DNA of 64,000 nt, taken from an uncultured virus (IMG/VR IMGVR_UViG_3300028840_007457) (Duplodnaviria > Heunggongvirae > Uroviricota > Caudoviricetes). The stretch lies in IMG/VR virus record IMGVR_UViG_3300028840_007457; one strand, 5' to 3'. The position numbers and the translations under genes were made by a program. The notes beneath the pieces were generated by a model that did not search any database, had not been told where the DNA came from, and worked only from the letters and a program-made list of their open reading frames with translations. The first letter of the stretch is position 1. Every line of letters starts with the position of its first letter. This document shows, piece after piece, positions 10,474-20,677 of this stretch.

Positions 10474-10968
10474 CTAAGGAAATAAAACTGTGATAGCCGA
10501 ACCACAGTTATCACAGTTTAACGAACCAGTAACTTTTGTCATAGTAAAAAATGTATCAGATGCATTTGGTTTATCCATCACCCACACATTTCGTTGTGAG
10601 TCCACGTGCACCAAAAAATTAGTATCACAGTTTGAACACTGACATATGGTACTTTCTATTTTTGATATAACACTTAAAAATTCTGCTGTATCAGTTTCAT
10701 CTAAAGACCTTTTAGGAGGACCATTTTCATTTACAATTATAGAAAAATGTATAGATGTATCTATTTGACCTTCTAAATCATTTTTATCAGCATCATTAGC
10801 TACCACAAAATAGAACTCGCTTCCGGTATCAGTACTTAAATCTCCAAATACAATTTCCATATTACTAGTGTCAAAAGTCTTTACGTCTTTACATACTTTA
10901 CCTTTTAAATCTAGAACTACGAGACTTTGTTTTATAAGTGTATTTGCTGTTGTTCTGTCTATTAGCAT
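10474..10968 (-). CDS. hypothetical protein with C-terminal zinc ribbon
   Basis: CxxC..CxxC motif. Confidence 0.6.
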   Translation of the reverse strand: MLIDRTTANTLIKQSLVVLDLKGKVCKDVKTFDTSNMEIVFGDLSTDTGSEFYFVVANDADKNDLEGQIDTSIHFSIIVNENGPPKRSLDETDTAEFLSVISKIESTICQCSNCDTNFLVHVDSQRNVWVMDKPNASDTFFTMTKVTGSLNCDNCGSAITVLFP

Positions 10969-10978
10969 TGAATTACTC

Positions 10979-13900
10979 CTACAGTCCAGGTGCTGCCCCT
11001 AAATCTGTGATGTCATAATCATATTGACACCCATTTCCAAATATGGCTCCATGCGTATTGTCTCCACTCGTAAATCTGGCAAAATATGTGTAAGAAGTGT
11101 TATCCACTGTTTCATTGAGACTGCTAATAGTAATAGTCAAGCTTTCAGTACCAGTACTATACGCTACATAGGTGGTAGATCCTAATTGAGTAGCACTAGG
11201 GCTATTTACTGCTTGCTTAAATATTTGCAGGAAAGGACGTTCACTCTCAGTAGCTGAGTTCCCATTATATTCATCGAACAAAAATATTACATTTTGTAGT
11301 GTACTAGCATGTGGAAGTAAAAGCGGAATATGGAGTACTTTATTAAAAGGATCTCCAGCATTGGTTCTCCATCTATGTGCTGTTCCTCCAGTGCTGCTAC
11401 TATTCATATAGTAGTCAGAATAACTAGTTCCGTCAGCTATTAGTGACTGCCATAAATCTATATCAACAGATCTCCTATTACGACTTGTATTAGAAAGAAT
11501 AACAGCTCGTTTAGTATCTTGAGTATTACCTCCGTCATAACTATGATCAATTTCGAGACATTTGCCAGCTGCACTAGTAGACGCATTACCAACATAAAGA
11601 CTAGCAGCAGTGTTACTTGAATTAGAACTACCGATAGCTACAACAGGTAATATGGAACTAGTCCAATCAGACGCTCCTCTTGCAAAAATATTAGTTTCGG
11701 CTCCAGTAGTTATACCATAGTTCAGATTATCCCCAACTTCTATTCCAGTAAGTGTTAGTGTGCTCCCAATTGCTACAGCAGTATTAGCTTGAGCATAGAA
11801 ACAACTAAGATTTCCTCCTGTATCAGAAACATGTCTGGTGTGGTAATAACTATACCCATAGTAATCCCCACTAGCTATCAGCGAACTAGACGTGGATTCA
11901 ACGTGGACCGTCCCCTCATTAGGAGCTTGTTGTTTACTAAGATCATTTCCTACATAAAGACCATAATGCCAATTATCATTAGCATGAAAAGCAAAAGACC
12001 CAACAGCATCGTTAGCATTGGCATTTACCATATTGGCTCTAACACCATACCAACTACTACCATCAGATTGCCCTGAATCAGGAGTAATATCTAAATTAAT
12101 ACAACGACCATCAATTGAAGAATTTAAAAGACCGCTGAGATTTACGTCTAAATGATCTGTATTTGATGTGACGGTTCCAAAATCTTCTGCCCAATAATGC
12201 AAACCAGAGTTAATCCAAGTAGCATGATGATCACTCGGCCAATTAGTATCAAAATAAATTCCTCTTTTTGAAGCTGCTCCAGCATCTCCACTACATTTAA
12301 CATAAAGGCCATAATAGAATGCTCCAGCATCACCAGAGTCATCGTTTATATCAGCAGTGAAGGCTGAAACTTCATCATTACTAGCTAAGGTAGTAGCTGG
12401 AGCTATTCTACTATATGTTGACCAATGTCCAGTGGATCCAACTCCACTTGCTGCTTCTGTACTAACAATTACTGGACTGGTTGCATAAATACCAGCATTC
12501 CAATTAGAATCGACAAATACTCCTGCTTTATACGCACTTCCTGTTGTACTACCTTCTGCGTAAAGTCCATAGTAAATTGAGGAAGCATTATCACCAGCAT
12601 TTGCTGCAATTGATGTATTAATTACTTTAACAATATCTCCTAATCCAAGTGCAGCAGAATTTGCATTATATGTACTATTGCTGGTAATATATGTCCCCCC
12701 TGGAGCAGAACTAGGAGTTGTTGTTACGTTTGTTGGAGATTCAAAATATAGACCATAATCCCAATTTGCATCAGCATAAAACCCGTATTTAGTAGCATTA
12801 CCAGTACCGGACCCAGCAGCATGGAATCCATAATATTTAGCTGCACCATTATCACCGGCATTTGGTGTAATAGTTGATTTACTTACACTGACAATATCGC
12901 TAGCGCCTAATGCAGCAGAAGCAGCACTGTAACTACTGGAAGAAACAATGTACGCTCCTCCAGCAGCTGCAGTAGGGGTTACAGAAATTAAAGAAGGAGA
13001 CAATCCGTAAAAACTGTACGCCCAATTAGCATCGCTATAAAAAGCATACTTAGAAGCACTTCCAACTGTATCGGCTTCAGCAGAGAAACCGTAAATAACT
13101 GCTGTACCAGCATCTCCTGCATCACCAGAATAAATAGATTTAACACCTTTGACTAGAGTGCTAGACATTCCACCAGAAGAAAGACTTACTGTGAAAGCAT
13201 CAACAGAAGCAGTAAGCTGACTTAAACTAAATCGTCCAGGGGACGCAGAGGTTACGCCTAAGTCAAATCCACTGTTAACCCTCAATCCCCATTTTGCAGC
13301 ACTACCAAGGTCAGTTGTGTCTAAATAAACAGCAGTATACTCTGCTGAAGCACTATCACTTGCATTGTCTGTAATGTCTGCTTTAAATAAACTAATATTT
13401 TCGGCGTCTGATCTTCCGGATCCAGTACTAGTAATAGAAGATAGAATAAAGTTTTGCTCTGGTTGGTTGCCAGTTAAAGATTTATGTACCCGAACATCAG
13501 AAGTGCTATAAATTCCATAATCCCAGTCTGAACCTAACAAAACACCTATTTTGGAACCGGAACCGTTGTTAGTTGTAGTAAGATATATACCAGCATATTC
13601 TTCTGTACCACTGTCTCCTGCATTATCTGTAACGTCACCACGAAATAGTGAAATTCGTTCCGCGTCACTTCTTCCACTACTAACAACAGAAGAACCTATA
13701 AAATCTTGTTCAGATTGTGCCCCTGATACAGTTTTAGTGACTAAAATATCCGATACTGAATATAGACCATAATCCCAATCTGAGTCAGCGTAAAATCCAT
13801 ATGCTGTCCAACTACCAGTTGTAGAACCGTCAGCAAAATAACCATAAAAAGTACCGCCACTATCCCCTGCATTGAGAGTTAATTTAGTATTAAATAGTTT

Positions 13901-15595
13901 TACAGAACCTCCAGTTACACCAGAAGCAGATTCAAAAGCAGCTTCAATAGTTTTGACTGTATCCCCAGCCATTCCCAAGTCATCTCTATAATAAGATTGG
14001 AAACCAGGCTGGTCATCGGTACTTACATTAGGAATATTATATATCTGCATAATAGGTGAATCTGTGCTAGCGCTTCCTAAAGCGCGATCCACCTTAAATC
14101 CTATCCCAGATGTACTTGTTTGAGAAAAAACTAATGTTGAACTATCTATATTTAAAGAATTAGAATTAGCATAAATATCATCCCATGTAATTGCTCCACC
14201 ACTGTTTACTTCATTAATAGCACCGATAATATTTTGCGCAGATGTAGCTAAAGTAGTTTGCCCAGGAACAGATGAATTAAACGGGATATCTCCACTACCA
14301 TGAGCTGCAAAGAGGATATTTGCACTGTCGTGTACTGTACTACACTCTAATGAAATAGTTCCAGTACTGCCATCGGCGGTAATATCAACGTTGGCACCTT
14401 CCGCAGTTAATAAACCAGTATCAGTACTAACCGTCATAGCTCCACTTGTAGTAGAAAATGAAGATGCACTACCAGCACTAAAACTTATACCACTTCCAGC
14501 TGTTCCTTGAATACCAATTTGAGCGTCAAATATAACGTCTCCGCTAAGGGCTCCTTCAGCTGCTAAAGTAACATTACCATAATTACCTTTAGCTCTTATA
14601 TCAATGTTCCCCCAGCCATTAGTATTTGACGTAGTTTCCATATAGATAGTGTCTGCACTACTATCGGCCCAGAACCAACGAGAAGCGCTTGACCTAATAT
14701 AAAAATCATAAGGACTGGTGCACTGCCAAGTCAGTGTACCTGCATCAACATCTACTTGTCCAGCACCACCAAAAGCGTCATACGCTTGATCAAGATCGTT
14801 ACCAGCTCCGGTATTAATATCTACAAAGGAACCACCACCAGTTTGCTTTACCTGCCATTTTTGTGTAGATTGATCATATTTAATGGCTGGACTATCACTA
14901 TCACCCGTTCCGTTTTGAAGGGCATTTATTTGTCGATTTCCATCACTAGTATTAGGACCAATATTAAAATAATTATCTTTAAGCGTCGTAGCAACCCCAG
15001 CCACAACAGAAATCTCAGCAAAAACATTTCCAGGACGAGTAGCGCCACTAGCTCCAATGTCCCCACCACCGTCATTGGTCCAGAGAATATCTGCTCCACC
15101 ATTATCGTTAAGGGTAAAGGCCCCTTCAGGAGTAAAATTAAATTGTTCTACCCAGCTACCAGCAGTATTACTATAACCAAGAGCCAACACCTTCCCAAGA
15201 GGAGTATCATTATTTACATCATGTGTGACCCGGAGACCTTCGGAGTCAGCGTGGTTGGTGCTATTAGTAATTAAATCCGCAGCAAAAGAACTTCCGTTTA
15301 CAGTTTTGGTAAGGCTAAGTAAGTCATCACCAGCAGTATTGTCGTAAAGATTTAAAATATTGGCTTCAGTAGGACGACCTGCAACTTTAAGAGCTGGTTC
15401 TGTAGAGGAGGCTTGAATATCAATTACCACCTCACCTTTATTATTAATAGAAAAAACGTCGTTAGTACTTTTTTGGAGCTGAGTTATGTAGCCGGTATTT
15501 TCCGTATAATTCAGCCAAAGAACGTCATCCCCTTGAAAATTGGTAAAACTACCTGTACTAGGGTTAAAACGAAGGGGCTTTTGCTGTCCACTCAT
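10979..15595 (-). CDS. long tail fibre / receptor-binding protein
   Basis: 1538 aa, G/S/T/A-rich, with repeated AGD..YG(F/L)YA..W.YG modules and a QNIIGAINE trimer motif. Confidence 0.7.
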   Translation of the reverse strand: MSGQQKPLRFNPSTGSFTNFQGDDVLWLNYTENTGYITQLQKSTNDVFSINNKGEVVIDIQASSTEPALKVAGRPTEANILNLYDNTAGDDLLSLTKTVNGSSFAADLITNSTNHADSEGLRVTHDVNNDTPLGKVLALGYSNTAGSWVEQFNFTPEGAFTLNDNGGADILWTNDGGGDIGASGATRPGNVFAEISVVAGVATTLKDNYFNIGPNTSDGNRQINALQNGTGDSDSPAIKYDQSTQKWQVKQTGGGSFVDINTGAGNDLDQAYDAFGGAGQVDVDAGTLTWQCTSPYDFYIRSSASRWFWADSSADTIYMETTSNTNGWGNIDIRAKGNYGNVTLAAEGALSGDVIFDAQIGIQGTAGSGISFSAGSASSFSTTSGAMTVSTDTGLLTAEGANVDITADGSTGTISLECSTVHDSANILFAAHGSGDIPFNSSVPGQTTLATSAQNIIGAINEVNSGGAITWDDIYANSNSLNIDSSTLVFSQTSTSGIGFKVDRALGSASTDSPIMQIYNIPNVSTDDQPGFQSYYRDDLGMAGDTVKTIEAAFESASGVTGGSVKLFNTKLTLNAGDSGGTFYGYFADGSTTGSWTAYGFYADSDWDYGLYSVSDILVTKTVSGAQSEQDFIGSSVVSSGRSDAERISLFRGDVTDNAGDSGTEEYAGIYLTTTNNGSGSKIGVLLGSDWDYGIYSTSDVRVHKSLTGNQPEQNFILSSITSTGSGRSDAENISLFKADITDNASDSASAEYTAVYLDTTDLGSAAKWGLRVNSGFDLGVTSASPGRFSLSQLTASVDAFTVSLSSGGMSSTLVKGVKSIYSGDAGDAGTAVIYGFSAEADTVGSASKYAFYSDANWAYSFYGLSPSLISVTPTAAAGGAYIVSSSSYSAASAALGASDIVSVSKSTITPNAGDNGAAKYYGFHAAGSGTGNATKYGFYADANWDYGLYFESPTNVTTTPSSAPGGTYITSNSTYNANSAALGLGDIVKVINTSIAANAGDNASSIYYGLYAEGSTTGSAYKAGVFVDSNWNAGIYATSPVIVSTEAASGVGSTGHWSTYSRIAPATTLASNDEVSAFTADINDDSGDAGAFYYGLYVKCSGDAGAASKRGIYFDTNWPSDHHATWINSGLHYWAEDFGTVTSNTDHLDVNLSGLLNSSIDGRCINLDITPDSGQSDGSSWYGVRANMVNANANDAVGSFAFHANDNWHYGLYVGNDLSKQQAPNEGTVHVESTSSSLIASGDYYGYSYYHTRHVSDTGGNLSCFYAQANTAVAIGSTLTLTGIEVGDNLNYGITTGAETNIFARGASDWTSSILPVVAIGSSNSSNTAASLYVGNASTSAAGKCLEIDHSYDGGNTQDTKRAVILSNTSRNRRSVDIDLWQSLIADGTSYSDYYMNSSSTGGTAHRWRTNAGDPFNKVLHIPLLLPHASTLQNVIFLFDEYNGNSATESERPFLQIFKQAVNSPSATQLGSTTYVAYSTGTESLTITISSLNETVDNTSYTYFARFTSGDNTHGAIFGNGCQYDYDITDLGAAPGL

Positions 15596-15621
15596 GCGAC
15601 TTTAACCTTCCCTTTTTGCAA

Positions 15622-15660
15622 ACTTAAACGAGGAGGCAAACCCAAAAGCTTGCCCCCTCG
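15622..15660 (-). terminator. probable intrinsic terminator
   Basis: CGAGGGGGCAAG/TTTGCCTCCTCG stem followed by TTTAAGTTT. Confidence 0.55.
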
Positions 15661-15679
15661 CGATTAAGGTTACAAAAAA

Positions 15680-18175
15680 CTACAGAAGGAACGGTACGCC
15701 AACCTGAATAACGAATTTGTCGTTAGCCTGGTCAGAAACGATACCAACCTTAAGAACGGTATCACCTTCAGCACTAGGAGGAGTGGTGGTAAGCCCACCA
15801 GCAGTAGTGGTGTCTAAATAAAGAACATCACCATTTGCCATAGCAGCAAAATCCGTGCTAGACGTAACTTCACCATTAACAATAACAGTGTGAGTTTCAT
15901 CTATACCAGTAGAAGCATCTTGGGCAATACCAACAAACACGGAAGACGCAGCAGCGTCGGCGTCCGTTTTATACGCCTTGCCATCAGCAGTACTCAGATA
16001 AATAGCATCACCCACACTATACGCTTCACCAGTAGTAACCGAAATGGCTACATCAGAACTGGCAGCGTACAGCTCATTAATAGCGCCAACAATGTTCTGA
16101 GCTGTAGTGTCTAAATCTGGATCTGTAGCCGAGTTAATCGGAATTGGAGCCGCTGCACCGTGAGCATCAAAAGTAATATCACTAGCAGCATTGTCTGCAA
16201 CTGTAAGCGCAATGTCGTACGTTGCAGCAGCATCAACAGTAACATTACCAGCAACAGCGTCCAAGTCAAGAGCAGCAGCAGCACTAATGTCAATATCACC
16301 AGCACTGGTGGAGAAATTAGAAGTTGCGCCAGCGTCAAGAGAAATACCAGCTGCGGCGTCTACCAAAACATCATTGGCACTATTAAAGTCTAAGTCACCA
16401 GCAGTTGTAGTTGTAAGAGCAATATCAGTACTTGTGGAATCAATCGTAACACCACCTGTACCGTTAATGTCTACGACACCAGTTGTAGTGAGATCAATTT
16501 CACTCGCGTTACCAGCAATATTTACTCCAGTTGCTCCGTCGAGAGTAAGAGCGCCACCACTGGTAGTGAAATTAGACGCTGCACCAGCGTCGAGAGAAAT
16601 ACCAGCTGTAGCATCAGCTAAAATATCATTAGCACTGTTGAAGTCCAGATCGCCAGCAGTTGTGGTCGTAAGAGCGATATCGGTAGAAACAGAATCAATC
16701 GTAACACCACCTGTACCGTTAATATCTACAACACCGGTAGTGGTGAGATCAATTTCCCCAGCGTTACCCTGAACAGCAACCCCACCCGCACCGTCAAGAG
16801 TGAGAATACCAGCAGTTGTAGACCAAGTAGCTGCAACAGGAGAAGTAAGAGTAAGTGCTGTAGAAGCACCTGCTGTTACCGTGAGACCATTGGTACCATC
16901 ACCGGTAATTGTTTTCGCCCCACCACTGGTTTCGAAAGTAACGTCGGTATCAATTTTACCAATCATGCCAACAGTAATATTAGCATGACCTAATTCGAGC
17001 TGAGCATTGGTAGCATCAGTGGCAAGATACTGTGCAGTTTGAGCTTCATTTTGCACGATGAAATTCGCTACCGTAACGGTGTCATCGGTATCGATAGTCA
17101 TGTCACCTTTAGCATCGCTCAGCTGAATAGATGTACCAACATCGTAAGCTTGCTGGAGACTATTACCGGTAGCACTACCAACAGCAACCCAGTCAGCAGA
17201 AGTAGTATTATTTGCAAAATATACCGTACCACCTGATGTATTTAAACAAATATCACCAATACCCTGAGGAGTAACGTTATTGGTCGGATCACCGTTGTAA
17301 ACATGAATACCAGCGGTTTCACCATTAAATCCAGATAGTAAAATAGTTTCAGTATCATTGGTTCCATCAATACCATCAACAGACATTACCCAGTCACCAG
17401 TACCGGTATTGTTGTTAATGGCAACCTGAGACCCATCTGTCCAAATGGCATTAGAACCGATATTTACGTCAGTACTACCATCAATAGTAACACCATTACC
17501 ATTAATATCGATTGCGCCGGTTGTAGTGAGATCAATTTCAGCTGCATTACCAGCAATGTTGACACCGCCAGCACCATCGAGAGTAAGAGCGCCAACAGTT
17601 GTAGTGAAGTTGGAAGCTGCACCAGCATCTAAACTAATGGCCCCACTAGCAAGTACATCAGCTGTGGTTACATCAGCGTCAATGCTAGTATTGATATCCA
17701 GTGCACCACTAGCAACCTGGACGACACCATTAGTACTGGTTAAAACAACGTTACCAGCAGTAGCAGAGTTACCAACGGTAACATCTCCACTAGTACCAGA
17801 TTTAAGAAGTCCTAAAGTACCAGTACTGTCATTGGTAACCGCTTGGTCTGTTCCGTCGAAATTAAGATCACTAATAATATCTGCTTGAACATCTAGTGTA
17901 TCCGAAGCGGCATCACCAATCTGAGTATCACCCGAAAGAACTGTATCACCTACAACAGTTTCATCACCATCTACCTGAAGATCACCCTGAATTTGAGCTA
18001 AAGAACTAGCACCCCCAATTTGAATAGTATCACCACTGCCCAAATCTGTGAAAAGGGCCACAGTGTTAGTTCCAGGTCCATCGATGCTTTTAATGGTTTC
18101 GATTTGGATAGCATCTGCTGAACCATACCGTGTTACAGTTCCGCCGTTAAGATAAAGTGGTCGTGCGTCTGCCAT
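15680..18175 (-). CDS. fibre/decoration protein with ~85-aa tandem repeats and a C-terminal DUF2190-like domain
   Basis: Repeats LTLDGA.GV..GNA.EIDLTTTG; C-terminus GEA.S.GD.IY..VGIA..GD.LYL. Confidence 0.65.
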   Translation of the reverse strand: MADARPLYLNGGTVTRYGSADAIQIETIKSIDGPGTNTVALFTDLGSGDTIQIGGASSLAQIQGDLQVDGDETVVGDTVLSGDTQIGDAASDTLDVQADIISDLNFDGTDQAVTNDSTGTLGLLKSGTSGDVTVGNSATAGNVVLTSTNGVVQVASGALDINTSIDADVTTADVLASGAISLDAGAASNFTTTVGALTLDGAGGVNIAGNAAEIDLTTTGAIDINGNGVTIDGSTDVNIGSNAIWTDGSQVAINNNTGTGDWVMSVDGIDGTNDTETILLSGFNGETAGIHVYNGDPTNNVTPQGIGDICLNTSGGTVYFANNTTSADWVAVGSATGNSLQQAYDVGTSIQLSDAKGDMTIDTDDTVTVANFIVQNEAQTAQYLATDATNAQLELGHANITVGMIGKIDTDVTFETSGGAKTITGDGTNGLTVTAGASTALTLTSPVAATWSTTAGILTLDGAGGVAVQGNAGEIDLTTTGVVDINGTGGVTIDSVSTDIALTTTTAGDLDFNSANDILADATAGISLDAGAASNFTTSGGALTLDGATGVNIAGNASEIDLTTTGVVDINGTGGVTIDSTSTDIALTTTTAGDLDFNSANDVLVDAAAGISLDAGATSNFSTSAGDIDISAAAALDLDAVAGNVTVDAAATYDIALTVADNAASDITFDAHGAAAPIPINSATDPDLDTTAQNIVGAINELYAASSDVAISVTTGEAYSVGDAIYLSTADGKAYKTDADAAASSVFVGIAQDASTGIDETHTVIVNGEVTSSTDFAAMANGDVLYLDTTTAGGLTTTPPSAEGDTVLKVGIVSDQANDKFVIQVGVPFLL

Positions 18176-18209
18176 GGTTTCTTGTCCCTTTCTTTATGTT
18201 GTTTGAAAC

Positions 18210-18734
18210 CTATTGATTCGCAAAAAATGTTTTCGCAGCTGCGACGTGAGTAGCCATCGTAGCTACGTCAATTTGGTCAGGAATTATTTCTCCACTTGCC
18301 TTTTTATACTTTTTAATTAGTCTTCTGTCTTTTCTAGGAAGAACTTCTGTTCCTTCTTCGTGTACTACATGAGTAGCCGTAACATCATCTTCAGAAAGTT
18401 CAATAAACCACGGAACTGTTCCGTCGTCTACCAACCAATCTCCTCCACTTTTAATTTTAGGAGATTTCCGAAGACGTAAAACAGAAGCGGCATAGTCATT
18501 ATTCACATGGATCACTTTAGCAGGATCAAACATAAGCTCATACATAGTCAAACCGGTAATACGATTTTGTTTGTAAGGGATTCTGTACTTCATAAGACCG
18601 GTAACATCATCAATAAAGCCTGCGTTGGTTAGTGGAGTAATTAACTCCGGTCGTAGTTTAAACTTCGCCATGATTTCCAGGTACCTCCTGTTTTCCTTTT
18701 TCTCTATTTTTTTAGAGATGTACTCGTGACTCAA
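18210..18734 (-). CDS. hypothetical virion-associated protein (likely start 18671)
   Basis: AGGAGG RBS before the internal ATG (MAKFKL). Confidence 0.6.
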   Translation of the reverse strand: MSHEYISKKIEKKENRRYLEIMAKFKLRPELITPLTNAGFIDDVTGLMKYRIPYKQNRITGLTMYELMFDPAKVIHVNNDYAASVLRLRKSPKIKSGGDWLVDDGTVPWFIELSEDDVTATHVVHEEGTEVLPRKDRRLIKKYKKASGEIIPDQIDVATMATHVAAAKTFFANQ

Positions 18735-19830
18735 ATCTCAAAGTAAGAGTGTTCGCATCTTTTGCCACTCCCACCAATTGGACAGTATCTCCAGATACGT
18801 AACCAGCTAAACTATTGGTAAGTGTACCAGGAACTTTTCCTAAGAAATAAAGCTCCCCAGGTACAAGAGAACCAGCAAAAACTCCAGCCTCTCCGTAAAG
18901 TTGGACAACGGCTGTAGTTGGATCTATTTTAGAAACAACAACACCAATTACTGGGCGTAGACCTAAAATGGTAGCATCTGCTTTATCAACAGTTGTTCCG
19001 CCAATTATAGAAACCACATTTCCAACTGCAACAGAGGAGGGGCACGTATAAATTCCTGTTAAGCCAAGAGGTGTGCTACCCCCTCCTAAAATAAATTCAA
19101 CGCTCCCATCCCAACCTCTAAGAGTATTATCAACGCTGTTCCAGTAAATATGCCTGCTAGCTGGGTCTGAATCTGGATTGGCAGCTTGTGAAGTAAATTC
19201 GTAGTGTGTAGCCTGGAGAAAATCCTGAAATGTTCCATTTCCTCCCACAGTCAAATTTCCACCCATGTCCACATTTCTGCAAACATAAATATCTCGTGGT
19301 CTACGAAGAGTAGCTCCATCATCTACGGAACCAATATCGAATTCACAATCTCTTAAAAATCGAACATGATTTCCAAATTGAAGATAACCATCTTTATCTA
19401 CTTTAAAATAATCATCTCCATTTTCTTCTCTAACTCTTAAGTAATCAGTTGTACCGGTAGCGTCTCTTCTAATATCTACAGGGCCTAAATTATCTACAAC
19501 TTCAATCCAAGGGCCGTCTAAGTAGGCATTATTGAGAGGGTGGAAAATAGTTGAACTATCGTGACTGTGACCTGTAGCTACAACGTGAGTGCGGTCAAAA
19601 GTCATGCTTAGCTTGTAATAGTATTCTCTCCCTATATAACCTTGGTCTATAAGCTCTGCCCCAATGAAAAGTAATTCAGGTAAACCCGCAATTGCTAGAA
19701 CATCCATCCAAACAGTTGGTTGGGAGACATAGCTAACAGGGTCTACAATAGGGTCAAAACTAGTAAGATTTACGGTTATGACGTAAACTTTAGTTGAAGA
19801 TTCAACTTGGCTTAAAATAGATATTGCCAT
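18712..19830 (-). CDS. structural protein with C-terminal DUF2190-like domain
   Basis: VAVGNVV..KADA..IGVV..G..YFL..PG.LT motif shared with the 831-aa protein. Confidence 0.6.
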   Translation of the reverse strand: MAISILSQVESSTKVYVITVNLTSFDPIVDPVSYVSQPTVWMDVLAIAGLPELLFIGAELIDQGYIGREYYYKLSMTFDRTHVVATGHSHDSSTIFHPLNNAYLDGPWIEVVDNLGPVDIRRDATGTTDYLRVREENGDDYFKVDKDGYLQFGNHVRFLRDCEFDIGSVDDGATLRRPRDIYVCRNVDMGGNLTVGGNGTFQDFLQATHYEFTSQAANPDSDPASRHIYWNSVDNTLRGWDGSVEFILGGGSTPLGLTGIYTCPSSVAVGNVVSIIGGTTVDKADATILGLRPVIGVVVSKIDPTTAVVQLYGEAGVFAGSLVPGELYFLGKVPGTLTNSLAGYVSGDTVQLVGVAKDANTLTLRFESRVHL

Positions 19831-19839
19831 TGGAACGTT

Positions 19840-20130
19840 CTAGTTTTCTGTGTGACTTAGGCGTACTTCATAAATGTAGTAGTCACCTTCTGTGTAGTCA
19901 TCCACTTCGGTTAGTAGGTTGAAATAATCATCGGTATCGTCGGTAACACCAGCTAAAGCTAAAATATTTGGTTTCAGATTATTAACAGTAATAAAAGCGA
20001 TTGGGTCACTTAGTGATGTGAGAGTTTGCAACCACACCTTAATTTGAGTTATGACACCATCTGTTTTAGCGGTTACAATAGCAACCTCAACAGAAGGAGT
20101 GGGTAGTACTTGGTAATTTAATTGTGTCAC
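19840..20130 (-). CDS. hypothetical protein
   Basis: In operon; resembles the N-terminus of the next gene (YIYEVRL / YYYKLSM). Confidence 0.55.
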   Translation of the reverse strand: MTQLNYQVLPTPSVEVAIVTAKTDGVITQIKVWLQTLTSLSDPIAFITVNNLKPNILALAGVTDDTDDYFNLLTEVDDYTEGDYYIYEVRLSHTEN

Positions 20131-20136
20131 GTTTAC

Positions 20137-20673
20137 TTACTCCCCAATTTCATAATAATCAAAAGTGGCTTCACTTTCGGATAAATAACCATGAGCCTCG
20201 TTTAGTAACTCTTTTGTGCGATTTAAAAACTCGTCCCACTCCGCTCCGTAAAATGTTTCGTAAGACGGATCACCCCATTTTCGTAATTGTCTTTCGGCAT
20301 TAACACGATCTAATAATTCAGTAGATAATCCGGAAATGACTTTCAAATTAACTGCCAACTTTTTAAGTTGGAGCTGAACACTTTTAGGAGATGCAGTAGA
20401 AGTTCTTCTTCTAAAACTAGCAGCCTTCAATTTCCAACCATCTAAACCATTATTTTCTAAAATGGAGTTAATAGTTTCATCGTTAATACTGTCTGGAACG
20501 GTAGCTATGAGATCATCCAGTTTTTTGGCTTGTTGCTGACAAGCTTCTTCACTACCTTTTATTTTTTGACATTGAGCCAAAAGACGAGCGTATCCGTTAA
20601 GAAGAGTCAGTTGTTGCTTCTCTTTATCAGCTACTATGGTCCTAATTCTTCTGCGTCGTCTTCTAAGTGTCAT
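20137..20673 (-). CDS. hypothetical helical protein with Arg-rich N-terminus
   Basis: MTLRRRRRR start. Confidence 0.6.
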   Translation of the reverse strand: MTLRRRRRRIRTIVADKEKQQLTLLNGYARLLAQCQKIKGSEEACQQQAKKLDDLIATVPDSINDETINSILENNGLDGWKLKAASFRRRTSTASPKSVQLQLKKLAVNLKVISGLSTELLDRVNAERQLRKWGDPSYETFYGAEWDEFLNRTKELLNEAHGYLSESEATFDYYEIGE

Positions 20674-20677
20674 TGTT

